DNA of 64,000 nucleotides from a virus. Taxonomy: Duplodnaviria > Caudoviricetes. Below the pieces are notes generated by a model that was given only the letters and a program-made list of their open reading frames with translations, made no database searches and was not told the origin of the DNA. The position numbers were made by a program, and so were the translations under genes. The stretch spans positions 9,580 through 73,579 of the IMG/VR virus record IMGVR_UViG_3300028483_000002. One strand, 5' to 3'. Of this stretch, positions 47,607-56,364 are shown in pieces (positions within the stretch are counted from its first letter, which is position 1; every line of letters begins with the position of its first letter).

Positions 47607-48299
47607 TTACCCTCTCTTTTGAAGTTTGTCTAATGTTTTTTTGATATAATCAACACCCTTTTGAAAAACAACTGTTTTAAGGTTGATGTGGGTATCTCCG
47701 TCTTTATCTTCAAACTTTGTTTCGATAACTCTGAAATATCCAGCGTCAATATATTTCTGATATGGTTGATTGTGATTGTCTAAGATTTTTTCATCTCGTA
47801 AGATTTCAAAAAGTTTATTTCTGCCGACATTCTTATAATTAAGAAGTTTTGCAACTTCTTTCATATCGCAAGTATCAGGTGAACCTGTTACTTTGTTGTA
47901 GAAGTCAACCTTTGGCTGCATACTATTTAGCTGTGCCATCAATTCATTGTTACGATTTTGCAAAATTGCCATTGCTTTCATAACAATTTGATTTTCTTCT
48001 ACTTGTGTAGAAACAGAATCAATTTGTCTTGTTGCCAAGTTGTGATGCTTTTGAATTTCCTGTTTAATCAATGTTGCTTGTTCTTCGGTAAAAACCTTGA
48101 CAGATTGATTTCCACCATTGGTTTTTAAGGTATGGAAAGTACCTTCCACCCCTTTAGTTTTAGCTGTTTCTCTAATTGTTCTTTCTGATACTCCAAGAAC
48201 TGTGGCAAGTTCTTTTGTAGTCATTGTTTTTTGATTTTGCTGTGTGGAAGTTTTCACGCTTGTAAAATCTTTATTTTCAATAATTTGCAATTCATTCAT
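47607..48299 (-). CDS. Antirepressor with KilA-C domain
   Basis: MTTKELA.VLGVSERT HTH; QPKVDFY..V......M.EVAKLL...GRNKLF..LR...N.PYQKYI.AGYF. Confidence 0.85.
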   Translation of the reverse strand: MNELQIIENKDFTSVKTSTQQNQKTMTTKELATVLGVSERTIRETAKTKGVEGTFHTLKTNGGNQSVKVFTEEQATLIKQEIQKHHNLATRQIDSVSTQVEENQIVMKAMAILQNRNNELMAQLNSMQPKVDFYNKVTGSPDTCDMKEVAKLLNYKNVGRNKLFEILRDEKILDNHNQPYQKYIDAGYFRVIETKFEDKDGDTHINLKTVVFQKGVDYIKKTLDKLQKRG

Positions 48300-48301
48300 A
48301 A

Positions 48302-48778
48302 TTAGTTCCCTCCATTTAATGATTCAGGCAAAGCGTTTGTTTTTAATGTTTCTTCTGTAACTGAATTAAAGAAATCAATGTTTAGTTTCTTTGCGTTTTT
48401 CCAAAATTTAAGAAGAAATTGAAATTCTTCGTTTTCTGAATTTCTAATTCTTTCCCGAAATTCCTGTGTGGCATCAGTCAATCTTCTTTCTAGCATCATG
48501 TAATTTTTCATAATTTTATTGCGTCGTAAATTCAATGCTGCCATTTCTCTGTTGTAGATGTTTGAGCCAGGAATCATTCTTGTTGTTGCAATAAATTCAG
48601 TCTTTTCCTGTTTTAAATCATGAAGGGAATCTTTTACTTTTCTAAAGATTTTACTTATCTCTTTTGGAGATAAAAGATCAAGTTCCTTTTCTGAAAACTG
48701 ATAGTTTTCAAAATTTGAAATTTGTAGTAAACTATTTTTTGAGTTTACCGATACTTTAATTGTAGGTGTCATAGACAT
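48302..48778 (-). CDS. Hypothetical protein (first gene behind RNA element A)
   Basis: ORF with SD AGGAG. Confidence 0.45.
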   Translation of the reverse strand: MSMTPTIKVSVNSKNSLLQISNFENYQFSEKELDLLSPKEISKIFRKVKDSLHDLKQEKTEFIATTRMIPGSNIYNREMAALNLRRNKIMKNYMMLERRLTDATQEFRERIRNSENEEFQFLLKFWKNAKKLNIDFFNSVTEETLKTNALPESLNGGN

Positions 48779-48844
48779 CTCCTATAAATTTTCGTGTTAC
48801 TAGGTGCTTGGCGGTGCGATAAGTAACACGAAAGAAATAAAAAA

Positions 48845-48965
48845 GGCTCAAGCCTTTTCCATCACAAAAAGTCTTGAGCCAGAGGTCTACACACCCACTT
48901 TTATAGTATCGGTGATCACCCTGACAGAGCAATCAAGTAGTGTGATGGACCTGCTTCATTACTCT
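48845..48965 (-). ncRNA. Structured RNA element A (leader or sRNA, C4/CI-like logic)
   Basis: Paralog of 50490-50606; hairpin loop GTCCATCACA is complementary to terminator loop TGTGATGG. Confidence 0.65.
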
Positions 48966-48974
48966 ATAGGTTGT

Positions 48975-49057
48975 AAAGATGAATATTCGTCTTTACATTT
49001 GTCATTATAGTTAAGTATTTATCTTTGTCAAGTTAAAAAAGATAAATATTCATCTTT
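48975..49057 (-). promoter_or_regulatory. Promoter TTGACA-16-TATAAT with palindromic operators AAAGATRAATATTCRTCTTT
   Basis: Operators at 48975-48994 and 49038-49057; -35 at 49026-49031. Confidence 0.7.
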
Positions 49058-49066
49058 TTTTTAATT

Positions 49067-49336
49067 ATGGACTTCTACGAAAACGTAAAAATTCTTGTAA
49101 AAAAACATGGGCTTCAGTTAATACCTTTGTTGGAATCGTTAGGAATTAACTATTCAACTTACAAAGGGTACAAACAGTATGGCAATCTTCCAAGAGCTGA
49201 CGAAGCGGTGAAGATTGCTCAAGCCCTCGAAACCACTGTTGAATACTTAGTAACTGGTAATAAACCAGACCTAAGTTCTAAAACAAAATCTCTAATAAAT
49301 GAATTAGAGATGACCATAAATAAGTACAAAAACTAA
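49067..49336 (+). CDS. XRE/CI-like HTH repressor
   Basis: LGINYSTYKGYKQYGNLPRADEAVKIAQALETTVEYLVTG. Confidence 0.85.
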   Translation: MDFYENVKILVKKHGLQLIPLLESLGINYSTYKGYKQYGNLPRADEAVKIAQALETTVEYLVTGNKPDLSSKTKSLINELEMTINKYKN

Positions 49337-50184
49337 GCATCTGGTTGAATAGATTCGTCTATTTCTGCATTGAATTTCTTCGCAAGATAAACAAGACCTT
49401 TTCCAGTAACCAATGTTACAGGTTTACTTCCAATCTCATCGTTAATATGTTTAACTACAACTTTGAAATGACCTGAGTTTATTTGGTCTTGCTTAGGAGA
49501 GTTATCTTGATTTAATACTTGTAAGGTTCTTAGATTCTGAAATAAAGTTTTGTTACCATAAGGGAGTTTTAATGCTTTTGCAGCCTGATTAACTGTATAA
49601 CAGCCTTTGCCATCAGCAATGCGATTAAGAGCTGTTTCTGCTAATTCAGCTCTGACTGTTAATTCTTCAATTCTTTTATCTCGATATGCATCTAAAAGTT
49701 TTTGTTCTTCTTCTCTTTTCTTTAATAAAGCAAAAAACTCTAAATCATTGCCAATTTGAGAAACAACAGAGTTATCTTTTAAATTATTACGTTCTCTCAA
49801 TTTTAATTTTATTAAGGTTGCTTGTTTTTCAGTTAATAAGTAACCACCTTGATTATTTTTTTTGACTTCGCCAAGTACTTGCCGGAGTTCGTTTATATTA
49901 TTTTTAATTGTACTTTCTGCTACTTTTAAGTCATTTGCTAATTCTTTTACAGTTACAACTACAGCAACTTCTGCTGCCTTTTTTATTTTTAATGCAGGTA
50001 TTAGGTCGGTAGTAGTTTCTAACCTACAAGGCTGCCTTGTAGGTTCTAGAGTTTCTGCAACTTGTTTCACTGTCATTGTTTTTTGATTTTGGTTAATTTC
50101 TAATTCGTTCATGTTCTGTTGAACAACCTCTTGTTTTTGTGATAAAATAACACTTGGTTTAGTCGATGATTTTATTGTAGTCAT
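49333..50184 (-). CDS. Antirepressor-like protein (HTH plus KilA-C)
   Basis: TVKELANDLKVAESTI; YTVNQAAKAL...GNKTLF..LR...LVTGKGLVYL. Confidence 0.75.
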   Translation of the reverse strand: MTTIKSSTKPSVILSQKQEVVQQNMNELEINQNQKTMTVKQVAETLEPTRQPCRLETTTDLIPALKIKKAAEVAVVVTVKELANDLKVAESTIKNNINELRQVLGEVKKNNQGGYLLTEKQATLIKLKLRERNNLKDNSVVSQIGNDLEFFALLKKREEEQKLLDAYRDKRIEELTVRAELAETALNRIADGKGCYTVNQAAKALKLPYGNKTLFQNLRTLQVLNQDNSPKQDQINSGHFKVVVKHINDEIGSKPVTLVTGKGLVYLAKKFNAEIDESIQPDA

Positions 50185-50248
50185 TAACTATCTCCTTTTT
50201 AAAATTAGAGAAGTTAAGGGTTTTTATCTCTAATTTTTAAGATAAAAA

Positions 50249-50354
50249 ACGACCCTAAAAACTTTCCTACATTGCAACTGCAATGTTAACCCCAGGAAAG
50301 TTTTTAAGGTCGTAAGTTGTTTTACCAACTTAGAAATGGGGTTAAAATTTCTAA
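50249..50354 (-). promoter_or_regulatory. Leader RNA element D: 5' hairpin plus long bulged terminator
   Basis: Loop TTTAACCCC; terminator ACGACCTTAAAAACTTTCCT/AGGAAAGTTTTTAGGGTCGT followed by a T tract, carrying a GGGGTTAA bulge. Confidence 0.6.
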
Positions 50355-50375
50355 AGTGGCAAACTAACCTTATAA

Positions 50376-50446
50376 TTAACGTTTGTAAACTACAATTTAA
50401 TATAAAATACATCTGTTGCTTTGTCAATAATATTTACATTTGTTAA
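50376..50446 (-). promoter_or_regulatory. Promoter TTGACA-17-TATATT with two operators; duplicated at 57338-57412
   Basis: Near-identical approximately 70-bp block; operators TTAACGTTTGTAAA and TTTACATTTGTTAA. Confidence 0.8.
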
Positions 50447-50482
50447 TTTTTATTAAAGTAATTTATGTATAAACCGATACAT

Positions 50483-50606
50483 AAAAAAAGGCACAAGCCT
50501 TATCTTCCCTTTAAGACTTGTGCCAAACGGAGTAAAACCTAATATAGGATGGCGATTACCCTCGGCAGAGCAATCAAATAATAGGGAAGCCTTATTTCAT
50601 TGCTCT
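50483..50606 (-). ncRNA. Structured RNA element B (stand-alone sRNA of about 125 nt)
   Basis: Its own promoter (TTGACA 50637-50642, 17 nt, TATATA) puts +1 at the first hairpin; ends in terminator GGCACAAG/CTTGTGCC followed by T7; loops CTTCCCT and AGGGAAG. Confidence 0.7.
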
Positions 50607-50681
50607 AGTTATATATATAATACACATTTGTTTAATTGTCAATAAACTTTTGTGTATTAATTATTAATATTTAAAATTATT

Positions 50682-51008
50682 ATGGAATTTTCTGCTGAAT
50701 TAATTATTAATCGCATAAAAGATTTATGTGAATTGAAAGAATTAGAAAAAATAAGTATTTCTCCCCAAGTAGTTTCAAATTGGAAATCAAGAAATACAGT
50801 GCCAAAAGCAGATGATTTATACAGAATTGCAAAATATTTAAATGTAACAATGGAATGGCTGCTAACCGGAGAGAATCCAAATACAGAACTTCCAGAAGAT
50901 ATTCAAAAATCAGTTCAAAAAATGCTAACTTTAACCGAAAAGCAACGTGAACCAATTAATGTGCTTATTGACGGACAAGTAAATTATTGGAAAAATATAG
51001 ATAGATAG
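50682..51008 (+). CDS. XRE/CI-like HTH repressor
   Basis: ISPQVVSNWKSRNTVPKADDLYRIAKYLNVTMEWLLTG. Confidence 0.85.
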   Translation: MEFSAELIINRIKDLCELKELEKISISPQVVSNWKSRNTVPKADDLYRIAKYLNVTMEWLLTGENPNTELPEDIQKSVQKMLTLTEKQREPINVLIDGQVNYWKNIDR

Positions 51009-51018
51009 GAGATTTTTA

Positions 51019-51696
51019 TTGGATATTATTAATCAAAGAAAAAAAGACGTTTTACTGTTTGATACAGGAATTTTAACATTTGTTTTTATTGTTTTATACG
51101 CTTGGAAAAACTACATTGACGGTTTCAATCTAAGTAATATCCTATATATTGCTGTAAATGCAATATATTTCCCCCTAATATTCATCTGGAAAAGAAAATA
51201 TTTTTGTTTATATCACGTTTTGTACGCCTACATTTTAGTTGCTACAATTATATTAAGAAAAACTTTATTGTATAATAATTTCACAGCATATTTTATTATT
51301 TTAGCAATTGCTATAATTCGGCCACGTTGGAAAATCAGTATTTTAATTGGGTATTTCACAATTGCGACTATAGCTTTTATTCATAACGACCAACACTTAG
51401 TTAATTATCTAATACACATTTCTAGAGCTGCATATTATTACGTTATCTTTAATTATTTTATTTTTACTCATTTTAGAACTAAGGCCATAAATAAAAACAT
51501 AGAATTATTAGATTTGAAAGAAGAAGAAATTGAGATATTGACCCAAATGGCTGCTGGTAAAAAACAGAAAGAAATAGAAGGTTATTCAATTAACACTGTT
51601 ACAAAAAAATTGCTCCAAGCAAGAACAAGAAATAACATTAACACTACACAAGAATTATTAATAAGATTCATTGGAGAAGTAATTAAAGAAGAATAA
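51019..51696 (+). CDS. Multi-pass membrane protein with C-terminal LuxR-like HTH
   Basis: About six hydrophobic segments, then LKEEEIEILTQMAAGKKQKEI...INTVTKKL..AR. Confidence 0.6.
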   Translation: MDIINQRKKDVLLFDTGILTFVFIVLYAWKNYIDGFNLSNILYIAVNAIYFPLIFIWKRKYFCLYHVLYAYILVATIILRKTLLYNNFTAYFIILAIAIIRPRWKISILIGYFTIATIAFIHNDQHLVNYLIHISRAAYYYVIFNYFIFTHFRTKAINKNIELLDLKEEEIEILTQMAAGKKQKEIEGYSINTVTKKLLQARTRNNINTTQELLIRFIGEVIKEE

Positions 51697-51999
51697 GAAA
51701 ATTGTGAACAAATCACACAGTAATTCACATACTAATAAATAAAATACTGTTATATTTTTTCTTAATTTTTAATTATTATAATTTTAGGAGATTAAAAAAA
51801 TGAAAATTATTCAGTATTTCAAATTAATAATTCAGTTTGTGCAGTTGCCAATTGAATTTAAAAATTCGGTTTTTAATGTTATCAGCTCTTACAGCAAATT
51901 AAACAATCGTGAAAAGATAGAAGAATACGAAGATTAATTAAAAAGACCCTGTACGAAACAGACCTGCTCTACCAATAATCGCTTAGGAGAAAAATTAAG

Positions 52000-54474
52000 A
52001 TGAGTAAAAGTAAGTTCTTTGATAAGATTAAACATGCAAAAGAAGAAAGAGAAGTTGAAAATGTTTATAATGAAGGGATTTCTCTGTATTTTTTAAAAGA
52101 AGATGATTGTGTTATAACTCATCCTTATAAATGTGATGGTCTTGTTGACTGGGGCTTGTTTTTACGATTAATTATTGAATATAAATTCAATGAAGAACTT
52201 CATAATCCAACTTCAAGAGCCAAAGTTTTAATTCAAGTTATTTACTACTTAAAACAATTTGAATTAAATGGAGATAGACTTCCAAATGTAGTAATGGTCG
52301 GAGATAGAGATGAAGTCTTTGTTATGCACACAAATCCATTATTAAAGTATTTAGATGAAGAAACAAACTGGAATATTGCTCCAAGTAATGCTCATGATAA
52401 AAACCCTGCTTTATTATTAAAAATCTCAAAAGATACAGAAATAGATCCTTATGTTTATGACATAAATGAAACATTTTCTTTTAAAGAAGTTGCAGAAAAA
52501 ATAGTTGAAATTGCGACAAATATTGTTAGAAAAGTTCGTGTTACAGAACATAATATTTCAAAAATATTTGATGATTTCTCAAAAAGAGTACTTAGAGATG
52601 TAAAAGACATATCTCCAAATGATTTAGTAGGAGTTTTTATAAACTCCATAATTGATAGGGAAAATTGTTATCAGCATCCAAATAATCCTAATATATTGAT
52701 TTGTTATAACAAACAATATCAAATAAATGGAACTTACTATCAAACATTTTTTAAGCATTTTGAAAAAGAATATTCTCCAAAAGATAAAAATAAATTTACC
52801 GAAGTATCTGACCGTTTAATTGAAGATGCGAAACGGCGAAAGAGTGGAGAGTTTTATACACCAACTCTTTTTACAGATTATGCACATAAAATGCTTTCCG
52901 AAGAATTAGGTGAGGATTGGAAAGAAAAATATGTTGTTTGGGATTGTTGTTGGGGAACTGGAAATCTAACACGAGATTATAGATTTAAAGAATTATATGC
53001 TAGTACTTTAGAGCAGGCTGAATTGGATTGTGGTAATAGATATAATCCCGAAGCTACAAAATTTGTATTTGATTTTTTGAATGATGATATTACTTTTCTC
53101 GACCAAAAAACTGGAAAACTTCCTGAAGGTTTGTACAATGCTTTAGAATCAAAAAAGCCCATTGTTTTTTTGATAAATCCACCTTATGCAACTTCTTCTA
53201 GTAATATGGGACAGGGTGATAAACAAGGAAAAGGAAAAAATGCAACCTTATCTGTTGTTTATAATGAAATGGTAAAAACTGACCTAAAAGAAGCTTGTAA
53301 AAATTTATTTTCACAGTTTTTGTACAGAATTTATCAGATAAAAAAGAATTATGAATTAACAGATATTGTTATAGGATTATTTTGTAACCCTATATATTTA
53401 AGCGGCTCAACTTTTGAAAGTTTTAGAAAATTATTCTTTAAGGAATTTGAATATAAACAAGGGATTTTGTTTAATGCTTCAAATTTCTCTGATGTTTCTG
53501 ATAGATGGGGTATTCATTTTACTGTTTGGAAACATGGAGAAACAAAGAATAAATCAGATTTTTTACATAATCTGATTGAAGAAAATGATGCTGAATTACA
53601 AATTGTAGGAAAGAAAATTATTTACAATTTGGATGGAATTCAATCTGCAAAAGATTGGATAAAAGAACCTATTGTTAATATAAAAACTTCAAAAGTAAAA
53701 AAGCCACCTTTATCTAATGCTATCACGGTAAAACCAGGTAAAAGTTCAAATACATCAATATTTGAAAACGCATTGGGTTGTTATTTGAACGTAGGCAATG
53801 ATGTTTATAACAGTGCTATAAAAGTTGCATTGTTTACAAGCTGTGATAGTAGTAATGCAAATGGAATATCTGTTACACCTGAAAATTATGATAGAATTAT
53901 GACAATATTCTCTGCAAGAAAACTTATTGAATCAACCTGGATAAATAACAAAGATAACTACTTACAACCAGATGAAAAACATAGCAAGTGGGAAGAATTT
54001 AAGACCGACAGTTATATTTATAGCTTGTTTCATTCTGCTTCCAATCAATCTTCATTAAAAAATCTAGTATATGAAAATAAATCCTGGAATATAAAAAACG
54101 AGTTCTTCTTTATGTCTAAACAAGATATTATGGTTTTAGCAGATAAACATAGTTATGATTTCACATATAATGATGCCAGAGTTTCAGAAGATAGATTTGT
54201 TTATAAGAAACTTCAAAATATTACATTATCAACAGAAGCAAAAGCTGTTTTGGATAAAGCTAGAGAATTAACAATCAAAACTTTTGAATATCGAGAAATG
54301 TTTAATCAACAATATCCTGAATATCAAATTATGAACTGGGATTGTGGATGGTATCAAATAAAAGGATTGTTGAAAGAATATTTCGCAGATGATTTAAACG
54401 AGTTTAATAATTTGTTTAAGCAATTAAGTGATAAAATGCGACCTTGTGTTTATGAGTTGGGTTTTTTGAAATAG
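52000..54474 (+). CDS. Type IIG-like single-chain restriction-modification enzyme (nuclease, N6A MTase, TRD)
   Basis: CDGLVD....IIEYKF (PD-D/ExK), GEFYTP, VVWDCCWGTGNL, FLINPPY. Confidence 0.75.
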   Translation: MSKSKFFDKIKHAKEEREVENVYNEGISLYFLKEDDCVITHPYKCDGLVDWGLFLRLIIEYKFNEELHNPTSRAKVLIQVIYYLKQFELNGDRLPNVVMVGDRDEVFVMHTNPLLKYLDEETNWNIAPSNAHDKNPALLLKISKDTEIDPYVYDINETFSFKEVAEKIVEIATNIVRKVRVTEHNISKIFDDFSKRVLRDVKDISPNDLVGVFINSIIDRENCYQHPNNPNILICYNKQYQINGTYYQTFFKHFEKEYSPKDKNKFTEVSDRLIEDAKRRKSGEFYTPTLFTDYAHKMLSEELGEDWKEKYVVWDCCWGTGNLTRDYRFKELYASTLEQAELDCGNRYNPEATKFVFDFLNDDITFLDQKTGKLPEGLYNALESKKPIVFLINPPYATSSSNMGQGDKQGKGKNATLSVVYNEMVKTDLKEACKNLFSQFLYRIYQIKKNYELTDIVIGLFCNPIYLSGSTFESFRKLFFKEFEYKQGILFNASNFSDVSDRWGIHFTVWKHGETKNKSDFLHNLIEENDAELQIVGKKIIYNLDGIQSAKDWIKEPIVNIKTSKVKKPPLSNAITVKPGKSSNTSIFENALGCYLNVGNDVYNSAIKVALFTSCDSSNANGISVTPENYDRIMTIFSARKLIESTWINNKDNYLQPDEKHSKWEEFKTDSYIYSLFHSASNQSSLKNLVYENKSWNIKNEFFFMSKQDIMVLADKHSYDFTYNDARVSEDRFVYKKLQNITLSTEAKAVLDKARELTIKTFEYREMFNQQYPEYQIMNWDCGWYQIKGLLKEYFADDLNEFNNLFKQLSDKMRPCVYELGFLK

Positions 54475-54689
54475 TCGAAAAAACAAATATACTATGTCCC
54501 TTAAATTTATCTTAGGGTACAATTTTTTTATATATTAAACAATACTATGTCCGTACAGAGCCATTAAAAAAGGGGGTGGGATTTAATTAACGTTGTGCAT
54601 TTTCCAATTCTCTTAAAATTTGATGTAATTTTGATTTCCAGGAAACCCTATTTTTAAATGATGGCTCGGCATTCACGAGTTTTAACAAT

Positions 54690-54998
54690 TTATCTATCAA
54701 TTTCATAGCTTTGTAATAATTCATTTTTTTTATATGAGATGTTTTTTTGTTCATTATTAATTCTCCTTTTGATTCTTTTTATTCTTCTGCATGATAAATT
54801 GTACAGATGTTTAGTTTCTTCATAGTTTGATAAAACAGAATCAAATAAAACTAAAAAATCACAATCATTTTCTAATTCTTTATTATTATAAGAAACACGA
54901 GCAATACATTTTGTCGCTTTTTTATTTTCAACAAGCAAATGAAAAAGCAATTTGTTAGTGAACCTTTCCGATTGCAACTCTGCAATTAATCTTTTCAT
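54690..54998 (-). CDS. Hypothetical protein
   Basis: Coupled ORF. Confidence 0.35.
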   Translation of the reverse strand: MKRLIAELQSERFTNKLLFHLLVENKKATKCIARVSYNNKELENDCDFLVLFDSVLSNYEETKHLYNLSCRRIKRIKRRINNEQKNISYKKNELLQSYEIDR

Positions 54999-55294
54999 AA
55001 AAGCTCCTGTTTGTTTTTTTGTTTCAAAATCTGATTAACATATTGCCTAGTGCAACCTAATTTTCTTGCAATTTCAATTTCTTTCATTTGTCCTGCTAAT
55101 TCTATAACACTTTTTGCAAGTTTGGATTGCAAACGATTAGGTTTGTGGCTATAGCGAACGCCATATTTATACAGTATGTATCGAATAAAACCCTCATCAA
55201 AACCTGTTTCTTTTGCAATTTCGCAAAGATATTTTTTTTCCTTTGCAATTTCACAAATCTTTTTATCTCGTGCAGCCCGTTCCGCTTTCGTCAT
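54995..55294 (-). CDS. Small protein with tandem HTH motifs
   Basis: LCEIAKETGF...; EIEIARKLGCTRQYVNQIL. Confidence 0.55.
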   Translation of the reverse strand: MTKAERAARDKKICEIAKEKKYLCEIAKETGFDEGFIRYILYKYGVRYSHKPNRLQSKLAKSVIELAGQMKEIEIARKLGCTRQYVNQILKQKNKQELL

Positions 55295-55617
55295 CTTCTT
55301 TTTGCTCCTGTTGCATATTTTTTATGATATTCTTCTAATTTATCATCAGTTAATTTTGCCCATTCCTGAACAGATGCCCTACTCCATACTTTTCGACCAC
55401 CAACATAAGCATCAGGGATTCCACCTTTACACTGAAAAAACCTATTACTTCTATAAGTTGATAATGAACAACCACCTTTTTTCTGCCAACAAGCCTCATC
55501 GTTATACCACTCGGCTTGCCATTCAGTAGAATTTATATTTTCTGTTAGGATGGATTTTAGTTTACTTATTTCATTTAATATAAATTTAAATTCAGGAATT
55601 TCCATTTTAATCACCAA
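55291..55617 (-). CDS. Excisionase/AlpA-like winged-helix protein
   Basis: WYNDEACW.KKGG..LSTYRSNR..Q.KGGIPDAYVGGRKVWSR..V.EW. Confidence 0.5.
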   Translation of the reverse strand: MVIKMEIPEFKFILNEISKLKSILTENINSTEWQAEWYNDEACWQKKGGCSLSTYRSNRFFQCKGGIPDAYVGGRKVWSRASVQEWAKLTDDKLEEYHKKYATGAKRR

Positions 55618-56185
55618 AATCTAAAGTATCAAAATAAAGAGATTCGTAAACATCCTTATGATACGCATTTACTTCACCATAATTTGCATCAAAAACTTTT
55701 TTTACGTCATATCCTAATTTTTTTGATTCTTTTTTTAGTACAGAATATTTAAATACAACATTAGGATTTAACTTCTGCATTCTTTTTATAGAAAACCAAT
55801 CTTTTGCTTCGTCAAGTTCAATCAATAAATTATCACGTTGTTTCAGAATTCTATTCTTTTCTGCTTCAATACGTTTTAATTCTAATTCATATCCTTTTTG
55901 AGCCAATTCCATTGCTTGTTTTATCATTAAAGCTGGTGTAAGATCGGTGGATGTATTTTCAACTGTTGAGTTCAACTCAACACTTCTATTGTTTGATTTA
56001 TGATTTTGCATATAATCAATTAAAACAGTTACTTCTGCTTTATCCCAAAAAGTTTTTTTACCATGTTCAATAACCTTATTAGGTAAACATTTTTTTGCAT
56101 TTGCCAAAACAACATCTTTTGTTGTTCCCAAACAATCAGCTATTTCTTTTGTTGTCATAAAATCTTTACTAGTTATTTCCTTCAT
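55607..56185 (-). CDS. Antirepressor-like HTH protein
   Basis: MTTKEIADCLG; C-terminal LGYDVKKVFDANYGEVNAYH. Confidence 0.6.
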   Translation of the reverse strand: MKEITSKDFMTTKEIADCLGTTKDVVLANAKKCLPNKVIEHGKKTFWDKAEVTVLIDYMQNHKSNNRSVELNSTVENTSTDLTPALMIKQAMELAQKGYELELKRIEAEKNRILKQRDNLLIELDEAKDWFSIKRMQKLNPNVVFKYSVLKKESKKLGYDVKKVFDANYGEVNAYHKDVYESLYFDTLDFGD

Positions 56186-56364
56186 AAATTATCCTTATTT
56201 CTTTTCTCTAATGTTTTTTGCACCAATAATATTAATTGCCATTTTTATTCTGTATTTCAATGGCAATTTTGCCATTGTTTCAAAAAACATATCCCAACTA
56301 TCAGAAACTAATTTATTCTGATTTCTTCTTACCAATTGTCTTAATTTTTTTTGTTGTTTATTAC

